Origin: Armatimonadota bacterium
Lineage (GTDB): Bacteria; Armatimonadota; SYMT01
Direction of reading: 5' to 3'
DNA length: 64,000 nucleotides
Assembly: GCA_041690135.1 (NCBI GenBank)
Contig: JAWLHY010000017.1
Coordinates: forward strand, 115,587 to 179,586
The notes under the pieces were generated by a model. The model searched no databases and had not been told where the DNA came from. It worked only from the letters and a program-made list of their open reading frames with translations. Positions 53,821 through 63,897 of this stretch are shown here, piece after piece. Position 1 is the first letter of the stretch; each line of letters starts with the position of its first letter. The translations under genes and the position numbers were made by a program.

Positions 53821-55340
53821 TCCAGGTACACCGCCCGCAGAATCTCTTCCAGAGTCGTGACCCCGGAAAGGACCTTACGGAGAGCATCTTCCCTTAGGGC
53901 CGTCATGCCGTTCTGCATGGCCACCCGCCGGATCTCGGAAGAACTGCGCCGTTCCTGGATCGCGGTGCGGACGGGTTCCGTCATCGGGAGCAATTCGTAC
54001 ACCCCCAGGCGGCCGCGATACCCCGTGTGCCGGCAATCCTTGCACCCCTTGCCGCGGTAGATGGCCGCGTTGGGGTCCTGGATCCCGAGTCGCTGGCGGA
54101 TCGGTTCGGGGATGGGCTCCGGAATCCGGCAGAGGGGACAGATCTTTCGCACGAGCCGCTGGGCGATCACGCCCACGACGGAGGAAGTGAAAAGGAACGG
54201 CTCCAGCCCCATATCCGTGGCGCGGGTGGCCGCGCTGGCGCTGTCGTTACAGTGGAGGGTGCTGAAGACGAAGTGGCCGGTCAGGGCCGCTTGCACCGCC
54301 ATCCCCAGGGTCTCGGCGTCTCGGATTTCGCCGACCATCACCACATCCGGGTCCTGGCGCAGCACCGAACGCAGTGCGGAAGCGAAGCTCAGGCCGATCT
54401 TGTGGTGGACCTGGATCTGGGTCACGCGGGGCAGCTCGTACTCAACCGGGTCCTCAATGGTGATGACATTTCGCCCTACCGTATCCATGGATCGCAGGGC
54501 CGTGTAGAGGGTGGTCGTTTTGCCCGAGCCGGTGGGTCCGGTCACCAGTAGCATTCCGTACGGCTTCGCGATGATGGTCTCGAACAGCTTTCGCTCGCGC
54601 TCCAGCATCCCCAGTTCTTCCAGGCTCAAGGTTTGCGAGTCCTTGGCGAGCATGCGGAGCACGGCCTTTTCCCCGAACTGCGTGGGGACGGTGGAGGTTC
54701 GCACGTCCCACCGTTTGCCTTTCAACTGGATGGTGAACCGCCCGTCCATAGGCAGGCGGTGCTCGGCGATGTCGATATTCGCGAGAATTTTGATGCGGGA
54801 TAGAAGGGGGATGTGCTGGTCCGGCGTGAGTGGCTGGAAGTCGTACAGCACGCCGTCCACCCGGAAGCGCACGAGGCACTGGTTCTCATACGGCTCGATA
54901 TGGATGTCACTCGCCCGTTGATCGATGGCGTGCTCCAGAACCCCATTTAGCAAGAGGACGGTGGGCGCGTCGGCCGACACCGTGTTGGTGCCGAGCATCA
55001 CCAGGTTCTCGCGCACTCCATCGCCCATGAACTCGGTTCCACTGTCCGCGGATAGCGAGTTGCCGACATAGAGCTTGGAGATGAGGGCTCGGAGGTCGGC
55101 GTGGGAAGTGCCGACCGGCCGGATACGCTTGCGGGTGAGGCGCCCAATCTCGTCGATCAGGAAGACGTCACCCGGCTCCAGGAGCGCCACGGTGAGCACG
55201 TCGTTCACCAACTCGACCGGGCACGCCTGCAAGCTCTCCGCCGCCGAGCGGGGCAGCAGGGTCGCCAGAGCGGGGTCGGGACTGACATTTGCGGCACTGA
55301 TCGAGGACGACTCCCCGGGCAACATCATTCCAGCGCTCAT
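53814..55340 (-). CDS. GspE/PilB-family secretion/pilus assembly ATPase
   Basis: ASDIHIEP, RFRVDG, P.DGR, GPTGSGKTTTLY, IEDPVE, LRQDPDV.MVGEIRD, TGH..FSTLH, CPLC...GCKDC Zn site, GY.GR. Confidence 0.95.
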   Translation of the reverse strand: MSAGMMLPGESSSISAANVSPDPALATLLPRSAAESLQACPVELVNDVLTVALLEPGDVFLIDEIGRLTRKRIRPVGTSHADLRALISKLYVGNSLSADSGTEFMGDGVRENLVMLGTNTVSADAPTVLLLNGVLEHAIDQRASDIHIEPYENQCLVRFRVDGVLYDFQPLTPDQHIPLLSRIKILANIDIAEHRLPMDGRFTIQLKGKRWDVRTSTVPTQFGEKAVLRMLAKDSQTLSLEELGMLERERKLFETIIAKPYGMLLVTGPTGSGKTTTLYTALRSMDTVGRNVITIEDPVEYELPRVTQIQVHHKIGLSFASALRSVLRQDPDVVMVGEIRDAETLGMAVQAALTGHFVFSTLHCNDSASAATRATDMGLEPFLFTSSVVGVIAQRLVRKICPLCRIPEPIPEPIRQRLGIQDPNAAIYRGKGCKDCRHTGYRGRLGVYELLPMTEPVRTAIQERRSSSEIRRVAMQNGMTALREDALRKVLSGVTTLEEILRAVYLDS

Positions 55341-55351
55341 ACCACTACCTT

Positions 55352-55388
55352 CCTAACCACTTCGCCTAACCACTTCGCCTAACCACTT
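55352..55388. repeat. 13-bp tandem repeat (cctaaccacttcg, ~3 copies) abutting the GspE/PilB RBS
   Basis: Units at 55352, 55365 and 55378 (last one partial). Confidence 0.8.
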
Positions 55389-55480
55389 GGACACTTACCG
55401 ATGACTTCTGTCTCACCTACGTCACATTCGCCGGTAACGTTCCCGGTCCCTGCCGTGCGCGCCGTCACGTTTACACAACC

Positions 55481-55510
55481 TTGACGCCCTTTCTCCGCTT
55501 ACGTTAAATT
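55481..55510 (+). promoter_or_regulatory. Sigma70-like promoter of the beta-barrel gene
   Basis: TTGACG-N18-TAAATT. Confidence 0.45.
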
Positions 55511-55604
55511 CAATCCGTGGCCAGTCCGTTTGCTCTCCCAGGAGACGGCTGGTTGTGGACCCAGCTACCTCCACCGCCCCTCCAGCCCACCAGGAGAACC
55601 CGGA

Positions 55605-57665
55605 GTGCCCGCAACGCGCCGTGCCCTGACTGTAGCCGTATCTCTCGCCGCCGCCCTCGGGGCGCTTCCGGGAGAAGCCTCCGAGCCGGATCGGAGTGTG
55701 GAGGTCACCGCCGCCGCCCCGGTAGGGGTTGAGAAGGTGCAGGTGGCAACGGAGAGCGGCATCCTCCCATCGGACGGCGTCCCGTCGTCAGGGAAGACTC
55801 CAATTGAGGTAGTAGGGGACGCCGCGGTGGAGGGGGAAACGAAGCCGGAAGTGCCGGACGAAGGCCCGGAAGCCCCCGCCTCACCGGCCACCCAGCAGGA
55901 GAACGCGGGGGAGAAACCTGCGGAGAAGCCCTCTGAGCCGGCAGGGGAGAAGGCCGGAGAGGAAGCTGAGAAGGAAGGCGAGAAGAAGCCGGAGCCTCCG
56001 AAGCATTTCATCAATACGCCGGTGGAACGTCCGCTGGGCGCGGCCGGCCGCTCGACGGTTCCGGCGCCTCCCCAGGGATCCGACCACTTCGTGCCGATCC
56101 CCGACCGCTGGCGCATTGGATTCCCAGAATGGGACCGTTACCGCTCCGGGTTGGGCGCGCCGTATCGCCGCAGTCGCGGCATCCTGGATCCCTACAACCA
56201 GAACATCCTGAAGGGCGATTACCCGGTTTTCGGGCAGGATGTCTTCATGAACCTGGGGGTGATCAGCGATACGCTGGTCGACTTCCGCAGCCGCTATATC
56301 CCCAGCAACGTCAGTAGCCGCGACCCGGGGCAGTACCCGTTTTTCGGTAATGGCCGCCTCGACCTGATCGACCAGACGTTTTTCGTCACCACCGAGTTGT
56401 TCAAGGGCAATACGGCGTTCCGACCCAAGGACTGGGCGTTCCGCGCTACCGGCGCCTTTAACATCAACGATCTCTCCGCGCGAGAGACGGGCGTCCCGCA
56501 CATCGACGTGCGCGAGGGAGCCGCCCGTACGAACCTCGATGCCGCCATTCAGGAACTGTACGGCGAGTACAAGATCGCGGATCTGAGCGCGAACTACGAT
56601 TTCCTGTCCGTACGGGCCGGCATCCAGGGCTTCACGGCGGACTTCCGCGGCTTTCTCTTTGTAGACAACCAGCCTGGCGTGCGGTTCTTCGGCAACACCG
56701 GTTCCAACCGCAACCAGTTCAACCTGGCCTACTTCCATCCGCTGGAAAAGGACACCTACAGCCGCCTCAACCGGATCTTCCGCGATCGCGGGCAGGACAT
56801 CCTGATAGCGAACTACTACCGGCAGGACCTCTTCCGGCCCGGGTACACCGGCCAGTTCACGGTAGCCTATAACAGCGACCACGGGGACCGGCACTTTGAC
56901 AACAACGGTATCCGGGTCCGCCCCGTGTTGATCGGCGATGCCCGTCCGCATAAGATCCGCACCGCTTACCTGGGTTGGAATGGGGACGGGCACCTGGGGC
57001 GCTACAACCTGTCCCACTCCTTCTACCAGGTGTTCGGAACCGATACGCACAATCCCATCGCGGGCCAGAGAACTTCAGTCAATGCCCAGATGGGAGCGGC
57101 GGAGTTGTCCTACGATAAGGACTGGATCCGGTTCAAAAGCTCCTTTTTCTATGCCTCGGGTGATTCCAAGCCCCGCGACGGACGCGCGCGCGGGTTCGAT
57201 GCCATTACCGATAACCCGATCTTCTCCGGTGCCGGCTTCAGCTTCTGGCAGAGCCAGGGGTTGCGTCTCCCCGGCACGTTCGTCGATCTCGTCTCGGAAA
57301 GCAGCCTCCTTCCGGCACTGCGGGCCAGCAAGCTGGAAGGACAGCCCAACCATGTCAATCCCGGAATCATGATTGCGAACGTGGGCACGGACGTGGAGTT
57401 GACCCCGAAGTGGCGGATGTCCGCCAACATCAATTGGCTTAGCTTTGTGAAGACCCAGCCCCTGGAGTTGGTGCTGAACCAGTCGAACATCAACCGCCAC
57501 ATCGGTTTCGACTACAGCCTGGGCTTCCGTCACCGGCCGTTCTTGAACGACAACGTGATCTTCACCTTCGGCGTCTCCGCCCTGGTGCCCGGTGCCGGCT
57601 TCCGAGACATTTATACGGGCAAAACGGTCTTCTCCAGCTTCGCCCGCTTGACACTCGCTTATTAA
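55605..57665 (+). CDS. Outer-membrane beta-barrel protein with Pro/Glu-rich N-terminal region
   Basis: AGGAG RBS + GTG 55605, signal peptide, low-complexity E/P/K linker, many alternating amphipathic strands, C-terminal FARLTLAY (BAM-type signal). Confidence 0.75.
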   Translation: MPATRRALTVAVSLAAALGALPGEASEPDRSVEVTAAAPVGVEKVQVATESGILPSDGVPSSGKTPIEVVGDAAVEGETKPEVPDEGPEAPASPATQQENAGEKPAEKPSEPAGEKAGEEAEKEGEKKPEPPKHFINTPVERPLGAAGRSTVPAPPQGSDHFVPIPDRWRIGFPEWDRYRSGLGAPYRRSRGILDPYNQNILKGDYPVFGQDVFMNLGVISDTLVDFRSRYIPSNVSSRDPGQYPFFGNGRLDLIDQTFFVTTELFKGNTAFRPKDWAFRATGAFNINDLSARETGVPHIDVREGAARTNLDAAIQELYGEYKIADLSANYDFLSVRAGIQGFTADFRGFLFVDNQPGVRFFGNTGSNRNQFNLAYFHPLEKDTYSRLNRIFRDRGQDILIANYYRQDLFRPGYTGQFTVAYNSDHGDRHFDNNGIRVRPVLIGDARPHKIRTAYLGWNGDGHLGRYNLSHSFYQVFGTDTHNPIAGQRTSVNAQMGAAELSYDKDWIRFKSSFFYASGDSKPRDGRARGFDAITDNPIFSGAGFSFWQSQGLRLPGTFVDLVSESSLLPALRASKLEGQPNHVNPGIMIANVGTDVELTPKWRMSANINWLSFVKTQPLELVLNQSNINRHIGFDYSLGFRHRPFLNDNVIFTFGVSALVPGAGFRDIYTGKTVFSSFARLTLAY

Positions 57666-57926
57666 CCAGTTCACTGAAGTATTCGACGGGAACTTACATG
57701 ATTGAAGAAGGGTCCATACTCCGGTAAGGTTACTGGCGCACGCCGGAGCCCCTTCCGAGCAGGCAGAGTGAAGTAGCTGCCTGCCGGACTGAGTTTTTCA
57801 CCCCTGGACGGAGCCGTACCCTCGCTTCGTCCGAAGATTGAAGTGGGACCTCGCTGGGTTCATCGGGAAACTTCCCCGGCGGCAAGCGCAGCGGTCCGCA
57901 AAGCGGCCGAGAGAAGGAGTTACAAC

Positions 57927-58265
57927 ATGCGCAGGATGATTCTGGCTGGCGTCATGCTCGCCGGTCTGGTGGTCAGCACCACTCTGGTGGGAGGCGCTCG
58001 CGCTTCGGAGACCTATGAGAAGGCGACGAAGATGAAATGCGAGCAGTGCCATAAGGAAACCAAGGAAGAATTCGAGAAGAACAAGATCACCGGCTACGAC
58101 GGGATCAAGAACCTCACGAAGTGTGGCAAAGAGTCCCACGAGTTCCTGAAGAAGCAGGCCGGGTTCCAGGAGCTCAAGCCCGGGGATAAGCGCACCCCCG
58201 CCGAAACCCGAAAGTGGGCGCTCGCCCTGCTTCGCGGCAAGTGGAAGTGCTCGGACGCGAAGTAA
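57927..58265 (+). CDS. Small exported mono-heme c-type cytochrome
   Basis: AAGGAG RBS; signal peptide (ARA); CEQCH near the mature N-terminus; two further Cys. Confidence 0.75.
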   Translation: MRRMILAGVMLAGLVVSTTLVGGARASETYEKATKMKCEQCHKETKEEFEKNKITGYDGIKNLTKCGKESHEFLKKQAGFQELKPGDKRTPAETRKWALALLRGKWKCSDAK

Positions 58266-58278
58266 GCATTTACTTCCA

Positions 58279-58334
58279 TCAACTCAAACGTAAGGGGGCT
58301 GGTCGTTTGACCAGCCCCCTTACGTTTGAGTTGA
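58279..58334. terminator. Bidirectional terminator between two convergent cytochrome genes
   Basis: Perfect 26-bp inverted repeat with 4-nt loop gttt. Confidence 0.85.
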
Positions 58335-58354
58335 AACTTGAGAGGCGGTCGCCC

Positions 58355-59296
58355 CTACCGGGAAGTACTCTTGGGCAACTCGTACTTTTCGGCGTCGTTG
58401 GTCATGGGCGTGTGCTCGCCATGACATCCAGGGGTACAGCCGCGCATCGATTCGTCGATCTCGCCAAAGAGCACCTGCTGGCGTACGGTTTCGAGAACGG
58501 TGTCGACCACTTTCTTCTGGGCTCCGCGGTCCAGGGGCGTATCCTTCGGGGCCTGGGTCAGCAGCGCCGCTACGTCATCCGGGACGGGAGGGTCGAAGCC
58601 ATCCCCGGTGTTGTGGGAGCGGAGGAACTCGCGGAGCACCTCCGTCGCCTCGGCGCCAGGATCCGCCGGCAGGTGGCATCCGACACAGACGCCCGTCATC
58701 CGGAAGCGTTGAGCCTCTTCCACTTTCACTCGCGCGGCCGCGGGATGGGTCCCATTCCCGTTTTGGGGGTGCTGGAAGTCGGCGAGACGAGCATCCTTCA
58801 GGTCAGTTCCCTCGTGGTCCGGGTGGCAGTCGGCGCATGCGAGAGTTTGGCCGGCGGCGAGGCCCATTCCACCCGCACGGCCGGGGAAATCTATCCCTTC
58901 GTGAGCAGGCCTTCGTAAACGCTTGCCCAGCCAGGATAGACCCAGCTTGTTGCCTTTGCCAAAATCCGCCCCTTGGCTTTCTCCGGGGGACGGTTCATGG
59001 CATTTCCGGCAGGCGGCGTCCTGTACCGGCGGTTTGGGCAGGACCAGATTGGCCACCCAGTTCTGCGGGGTGTGGCAGGCCGTGCATTCATCCAGGTGCA
59101 ACTTCCCCGAGGCGTTCAGGGTGCTGACTGCCTCCCGGAACTTCTCGCTCTGGTGGCCGGCGTGGAGGTTCTTCACCCAGCGCGCGTTATCGGAGGGAGC
59201 CGCGGAAGCCACGCACCAGCCGAACAGTACCACCGAGATACCCGCCACCATCAAACTGCGCCGGTAGCGCCGGAGCATCTGCCCTTGCTCACTCAT
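58355..59296 (-). CDS. Exported multiheme c-type cytochrome (4 CxxCH + 1 CxxxCH)
   Basis: Signal peptide; CTACH, CRKCH, CADCH, CVGCH, CTPGCH; several spare His. Confidence 0.85.
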   Translation of the reverse strand: MSEQGQMLRRYRRSLMVAGISVVLFGWCVASAAPSDNARWVKNLHAGHQSEKFREAVSTLNASGKLHLDECTACHTPQNWVANLVLPKPPVQDAACRKCHEPSPGESQGADFGKGNKLGLSWLGKRLRRPAHEGIDFPGRAGGMGLAAGQTLACADCHPDHEGTDLKDARLADFQHPQNGNGTHPAAARVKVEEAQRFRMTGVCVGCHLPADPGAEATEVLREFLRSHNTGDGFDPPVPDDVAALLTQAPKDTPLDRGAQKKVVDTVLETVRQQVLFGEIDESMRGCTPGCHGEHTPMTNDAEKYELPKSTSR

Positions 59297-59498
59297 CCCG
59301 CACTCCCATTCATTACCCCCCGCCTGCGACCGACCCTGTTCATGGATGTAGGCGCAATTCGTCAGTTAGCTTCCGGCAATCCGGTTCCCTGCCCCGCTCG
59401 CTTACGCTGCAGGGGATTGCTCTCTGCGTCGATAACCTCTATAAGTATCTTCGGCCTCAGGCGTCCGCACTTGACGGTCCGGAAAGGTGAATGGCTTT

Positions 59499-62400
59499 AT
59501 GGCTCGGCCCTCCACCTCCAGGTGGTCCCGCTCGCTCCTTGTCGCACTACCCCTCTACCTACTCGTCGGCTCCGTGGCCGCGGCGAGTCTCCTCGCGTCT
59601 CCCGGCCGGAAGCGGGTGGCGGCGCCGCCGTTGCCGCCCGAAAAAGCCGTTGGGATGTGCCCGGTCGATGTTGAGCAGGGACCCGGAAGGGTGCGTCTCG
59701 CCGCCCACCAGGACGCGGGTGAGAAGCGGGAAGCGACCGAAGAACCCGAACCACATCCCGAGGCCAAGAACAGTGAAGGCTGCGTGAGCTGTCACGAGGG
59801 GGTCGAGCCGAGCCATGAGTCGAATCCCTCCGCCATGTCCAATTTCGGCTGCGTGGGCTGCCACGGAGGCAACGGCAAGGAGTTCAAGGATAAAGAGAAG
59901 GCGCACGCCGTTCGCCCGCGCTTCCCGGAGATCTGGAGACGCGACCGTAAGCCATTCTCCGGAAATCCGGAGCGTTCATACGCCCTGCTGAACCAGGAAG
60001 ACCCGCGCTGGATCCGGTTCGTGAATCCCGGCGACCTTCGCATCGCCCACCTTACTTGCGGCGCGTCGGGCTGCCACGGCGCGGTGAAGCCGGTGGGCAC
60101 GGGGGACCTGGTGACTAAGGTCCGCAAGAGCCAGATGACCCACGGCGGGTTCCTCTACGGCGCGGCACTCTACAACAACGGCGCCTTCCCGCTCAAGGAT
60201 CCTCACTTTGGGGAGAGCTACAGCCCGGCCGATCTCGAGAACCCACACGACCCCCACAGCATGCCGCAGCGCATCCAGGGCACCTTCTACGATGAGGAAA
60301 AGGAGACCTGGCGGCTTCCCACCCCGCAGGAGCGCCTGAACCAGGGTTGGCTGCTTTTCGTCGATCCGCTCCCGCGCTGGAACATCACGCAGATGGGCAA
60401 CATCCTGCGGGTCTTCGAACGGGGCGGCCTGAAGAAGGGGGAGGTCGGCAATCCGAACCGGGAAGAGGAGTCCGGCCGTCCGGACGTGAAGTTGAGCGAC
60501 CGCGGTCACGGGACGCTCCTCCGCACCGACCCGGTGTTCCTTGGGCTGCAGAAAACGCGGCTTCTCGATCCGACGCTGAACTTCCTCGGCACGAACGATC
60601 AGCCCGGCGACTTCCGCTCCAGCGGCTGCAGCGGCTGCCATAACGTGTACGCGAACGACCCGGACCCCTTCCATTCCGGACCTTTCGCCAAATACGGCAA
60701 CCTGGGCCATTCCGCGACCGCGGATAAGGCGATGCAGGACGCTGTCAAAGCGAAAGAGCGCGCCCATCCGGTCAAACACGGGATGACCAACGCCATCCCC
60801 ACCAGCCAGTGCATCACCTGCCACATGCATCCCGGCACCAGCATGCTCTCGACCTACCTGGGCTACACCTGGTGGGACAACGAAACCGATTCCGAGGGGA
60901 TGTATCCGGAGAAACCCTACGAGCATTCTGCCGGTAAAAAGGACCGGATCCAGCGTCGCAACCCGGAAGGTTCGGCACTCCGCGGCAAGTGGGGTGACGT
61001 GGAGTGGCTTGTGAATGAACTGCCGAAGTTGAACGGCAGCCGCAAGCACACGCAGTTCGCCCAGTTCAACGGTCATGGCTGGATCTTCCGGGCCGTCTAC
61101 AAGCGCGACCGCAAGGGCAACCTGATCGACAAGGACGGCAAGATCATCCAGCCGGGCGCGGAGGCCTTCAAGAAGAATCCCGCCGAGCCGGGCGGGGAAC
61201 TCTCCCCCGGCGCGGCCGTCCACCTGCGGGACATCCACCTCGAGAAGGGGATGCACTGTGTCGACTGTCATTTCAGCCAGGACAACCACGGTGACTTCAA
61301 GCTCTATGGGGAGCCCCGAGCCGCCATAGAGATCACCTGTGTCGACTGCCACGGCACGATCGAAAAGCGCGCGGACCTCGATCCTGGAGATGCGCCGACC
61401 ACCGGCCCGGCGGGGGGCAAGCCACTCAGCCGCTACGCCCAGATGACGGTGAATGGCGGCCTGGAGCTGCGCTGGGAAAAGAAGGAGGACGGCACCCTGA
61501 TCCAGCGCTCCGCCGTAACGCCGGGCCTGGAATGGGAGGTGCCGCAGGTAATGGATTCCATTACCCCCGGAAACAAACATTACAACGAACGGTCGCGTCT
61601 GGCGAAGACGATCCAGAAGGACCACAAGACGTGGGGCAAGGCCGCGCCGCCGGACAAGCTGGCGCACAGCACGGAAAACATGGCGTGCTACACCTGCCAC
61701 TCGGCCTGGACCTCATCCTGCTTTGGTTGCCACCTGCAGATGACGGCCAACGAGAAAAAGCCACAGTTGCATAACGAGGGCGGGCACTCGCGAAACTGGA
61801 CCTCCTACAACTTCCAGACCCTGCGCGACGACCTGTATATGCTGGGCAAAGAAGGTAGCGTTGCCGCACCCAAGGGGGAAGACGGCAAACCGAAGCCGCG
61901 CGTGGTTCCGGTCCGCTCCGCCTGTGCCGTGCTGGTCAGCTCGCAGAACCAGAACCGGGAATGGCTCTACTATCAGCAGCAGACGGTTTCGGCGGAGGGC
62001 TTCTCGGGGACCGCGTTCAGCCCGTATGTGCCGCATACGGTCCGCGGTAAGGAAACCAAGGGCTGTACGGACTGCCACCTCTCCGAGAAGAACGACAACA
62101 ACGCCTGGTTGGCGAACCTGATGCTGCAGGGGAGCAACTCGGTCAATTTCATCGGACACCTGGCGTGGGTAGCGACAGGTCACGGCTTCCAGGGAATAAA
62201 GGTCACGGAACGGGACGAGCCGGCCGCCGTGATCGGGAGTTATCTCCATAAGCAGGCTTACCCCGACCGGTACCAGCGACATCTGGCCCGAGGGCGCAAA
62301 TTGAAGGTTGCCCACGACCACCACGGCCACACGCTGGACCTGCAGCATCGAGGCGAATACCTCTACGCCGCGGAAGGCCCGCGCGGGCTCTGGATCTACG

Positions 62401-63656
62401 ACATCGCCAACGTGGAGAACAAGGGCTTCTCCGAGCGGATCGTTTCCGCGCCCGTCTCGCCACTCGGTCAGCGGTTCTTCGTGGATACGAAGTATGCTAC
62501 CGCCGTGGCGGCTCCCAGCACGATGGCGCTCGACCCTCTGCGGACCAAGCGTCCTGAGAACGAGGAAGGGGAGATCCATCCCGTCTACGGTTACATCTAC
62601 GTGACCGACAAGCACGAGGGGCTCATCCTGGTGGGTGCGGGCACGCTTCTCGACGGGAACCCCACGAACAACTTCCTCACGCGGGCCCTTACCTGGAACC
62701 CCAACGGTCTCCTGAACGGTGCGCACAGTATCGAGATCGCCGGGACCCACGCCTATATCACCTGCGACCGCGGCCTGGTGATCGTGAACCTGGACGATCC
62801 GCTCAAACCGAAGGTCGCGGCGGAGATCGGCGCGCCCCACCTGAAGCACCCCCGCTCGGCCACCGTCCAGTTCCGCTACGCCTTCGTGTGTGACGACGAG
62901 GGCCTGAAGGTCCTCGACGTGACGGATCCTTCGAACGCCCGAGTGATCCCCGGCGCGACCGTCGCCCTCCAGGCGGCCAACCATGTTTACGTCAGCCGCA
63001 CCTACGCCTACGTGGCCGCGGGGAAGCAAGGCCTGGCGATCATCGACGTGGAACAACCGGAACGTCCGCGCCTGGAGCAGTTGTTCGACGCCGGCGGCCA
63101 GATGAACGACGCCCGTGCCGTCCGGATCGGCATGACTAACAACAGCACCTACGCCTACGTGGCCGATGGGCGCAATGGTCTGCGGGTGGTCCAACTCACC
63201 TCGCCGGACACCACGCCGGGCATCTATGGCTACAGCCCGAAACCGACCCCGCAGTTGATCGCCACCTACAAGACCAGCGGCCCGGCCCTGGCCATCTCCG
63301 AAGGCCTGGACCGCGACCGTGCCGTGGATGAGAGCGGCAACCAGCTCTCCGTCTTCGGTCGCCGCGGCGCCCGTCCGCTGAACGCGGAAGAACAACGCCG
63401 GATGATGTACCTCAACGGCGGACAAGGCCCATTGTTCAAGGTGTCGAACGAGCCGCCTTCCGCACCCCAGGAGCCAGACCCCGAGCCGGAGCCGGAGGCA
63501 GAAGCCAAAGAGTCAGCCTTTGTCCCGGACGCCTCCGGCTGGGGCTGGGCGGATACGGGCCTCCTGCTGCCGTTGGTGGGGCTGTTCCTGTTCCGTTCTC
63601 GCAGGTTCGTGCTCACCACAGAGACGCAGAGACAAGGAAGAAGTCACGAAGAGTAG
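59499..63656 (+). CDS. Large multiheme cytochrome c (~10 hemes) fused to LVIVD beta-propeller repeats and a C-terminal membrane/sorting tail
   Basis: CVSCH, CVGCH, CGASGCH, CSGCH, CITCH, CVDCH x2, CYTCH, CFGCH, CTDCH; repeats YAYVA.G..GL.I.DV..P..P; EPEPE linker, VPDASG, hydrophobic helix, RSRR. Confidence 0.88.
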   Translation: MARPSTSRWSRSLLVALPLYLLVGSVAAASLLASPGRKRVAAPPLPPEKAVGMCPVDVEQGPGRVRLAAHQDAGEKREATEEPEPHPEAKNSEGCVSCHEGVEPSHESNPSAMSNFGCVGCHGGNGKEFKDKEKAHAVRPRFPEIWRRDRKPFSGNPERSYALLNQEDPRWIRFVNPGDLRIAHLTCGASGCHGAVKPVGTGDLVTKVRKSQMTHGGFLYGAALYNNGAFPLKDPHFGESYSPADLENPHDPHSMPQRIQGTFYDEEKETWRLPTPQERLNQGWLLFVDPLPRWNITQMGNILRVFERGGLKKGEVGNPNREEESGRPDVKLSDRGHGTLLRTDPVFLGLQKTRLLDPTLNFLGTNDQPGDFRSSGCSGCHNVYANDPDPFHSGPFAKYGNLGHSATADKAMQDAVKAKERAHPVKHGMTNAIPTSQCITCHMHPGTSMLSTYLGYTWWDNETDSEGMYPEKPYEHSAGKKDRIQRRNPEGSALRGKWGDVEWLVNELPKLNGSRKHTQFAQFNGHGWIFRAVYKRDRKGNLIDKDGKIIQPGAEAFKKNPAEPGGELSPGAAVHLRDIHLEKGMHCVDCHFSQDNHGDFKLYGEPRAAIEITCVDCHGTIEKRADLDPGDAPTTGPAGGKPLSRYAQMTVNGGLELRWEKKEDGTLIQRSAVTPGLEWEVPQVMDSITPGNKHYNERSRLAKTIQKDHKTWGKAAPPDKLAHSTENMACYTCHSAWTSSCFGCHLQMTANEKKPQLHNEGGHSRNWTSYNFQTLRDDLYMLGKEGSVAAPKGEDGKPKPRVVPVRSACAVLVSSQNQNREWLYYQQQTVSAEGFSGTAFSPYVPHTVRGKETKGCTDCHLSEKNDNNAWLANLMLQGSNSVNFIGHLAWVATGHGFQGIKVTERDEPAAVIGSYLHKQAYPDRYQRHLARGRKLKVAHDHHGHTLDLQHRGEYLYAAEGPRGLWIYDIANVENKGFSERIVSAPVSPLGQRFFVDTKYATAVAAPSTMALDPLRTKRPENEEGEIHPVYGYIYVTDKHEGLILVGAGTLLDGNPTNNFLTRALTWNPNGLLNGAHSIEIAGTHAYITCDRGLVIVNLDDPLKPKVAAEIGAPHLKHPRSATVQFRYAFVCDDEGLKVLDVTDPSNARVIPGATVALQAANHVYVSRTYAYVAAGKQGLAIIDVEQPERPRLEQLFDAGGQMNDARAVRIGMTNNSTYAYVADGRNGLRVVQLTSPDTTPGIYGYSPKPTPQLIATYKTSGPALAISEGLDRDRAVDESGNQLSVFGRRGARPLNAEEQRRMMYLNGGQGPLFKVSNEPPSAPQEPDPEPEPEAEAKESAFVPDASGWGWADTGLLLPLVGLFLFRSRRFVLTTETQRQGRSHEE

Positions 63657-63657
63657 T

Positions 63658-63710
63658 TCCGGGCAGGGCCGCGGTAGGTCTTCAGTGTGATTACCGCGGC
63701 CCTGCCCGGA
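63658..63710. terminator. Hairpin immediately after the large cytochrome gene
   Basis: 19-bp perfect stem tccgggcagggccgcggta/taccgcggccctgcccgga. Confidence 0.65.
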
Positions 63711-63825
63711 CCGGACGTGAACCAGCGGCCTACCCTAACGAACTCGCGTTCTAAGTTTCAACCTTCAACCTTCCAACGTAGTTCACGCCGTAAGTCCACA
63801 CTGGGAAGGCTGTGGGCAAACAGAG

Positions 63826-63865
63826 AAAGCGAGCGCATTGCCTTAACGGCTGATGCGCTCGCTTT
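63826..63865 (-). terminator. Terminator of the incoming pilin-like gene
   Basis: 13-bp stem aaagcgagcgcat/atgcgctcgcttt followed by a T-rich tract on the minus strand. Confidence 0.65.
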
Positions 63866-63897
63866 ATGAAAGGCGACTGACTGGTGCTAGACGGGCC

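Noticed and set aside
55605-63656. Calling the locus mtrAB/mtrC or the pilin an e-pilus
   Set aside because: Heme spacing, size and the propeller fusion do not match MtrA/MtrC, and only 33 pilin residues are visible
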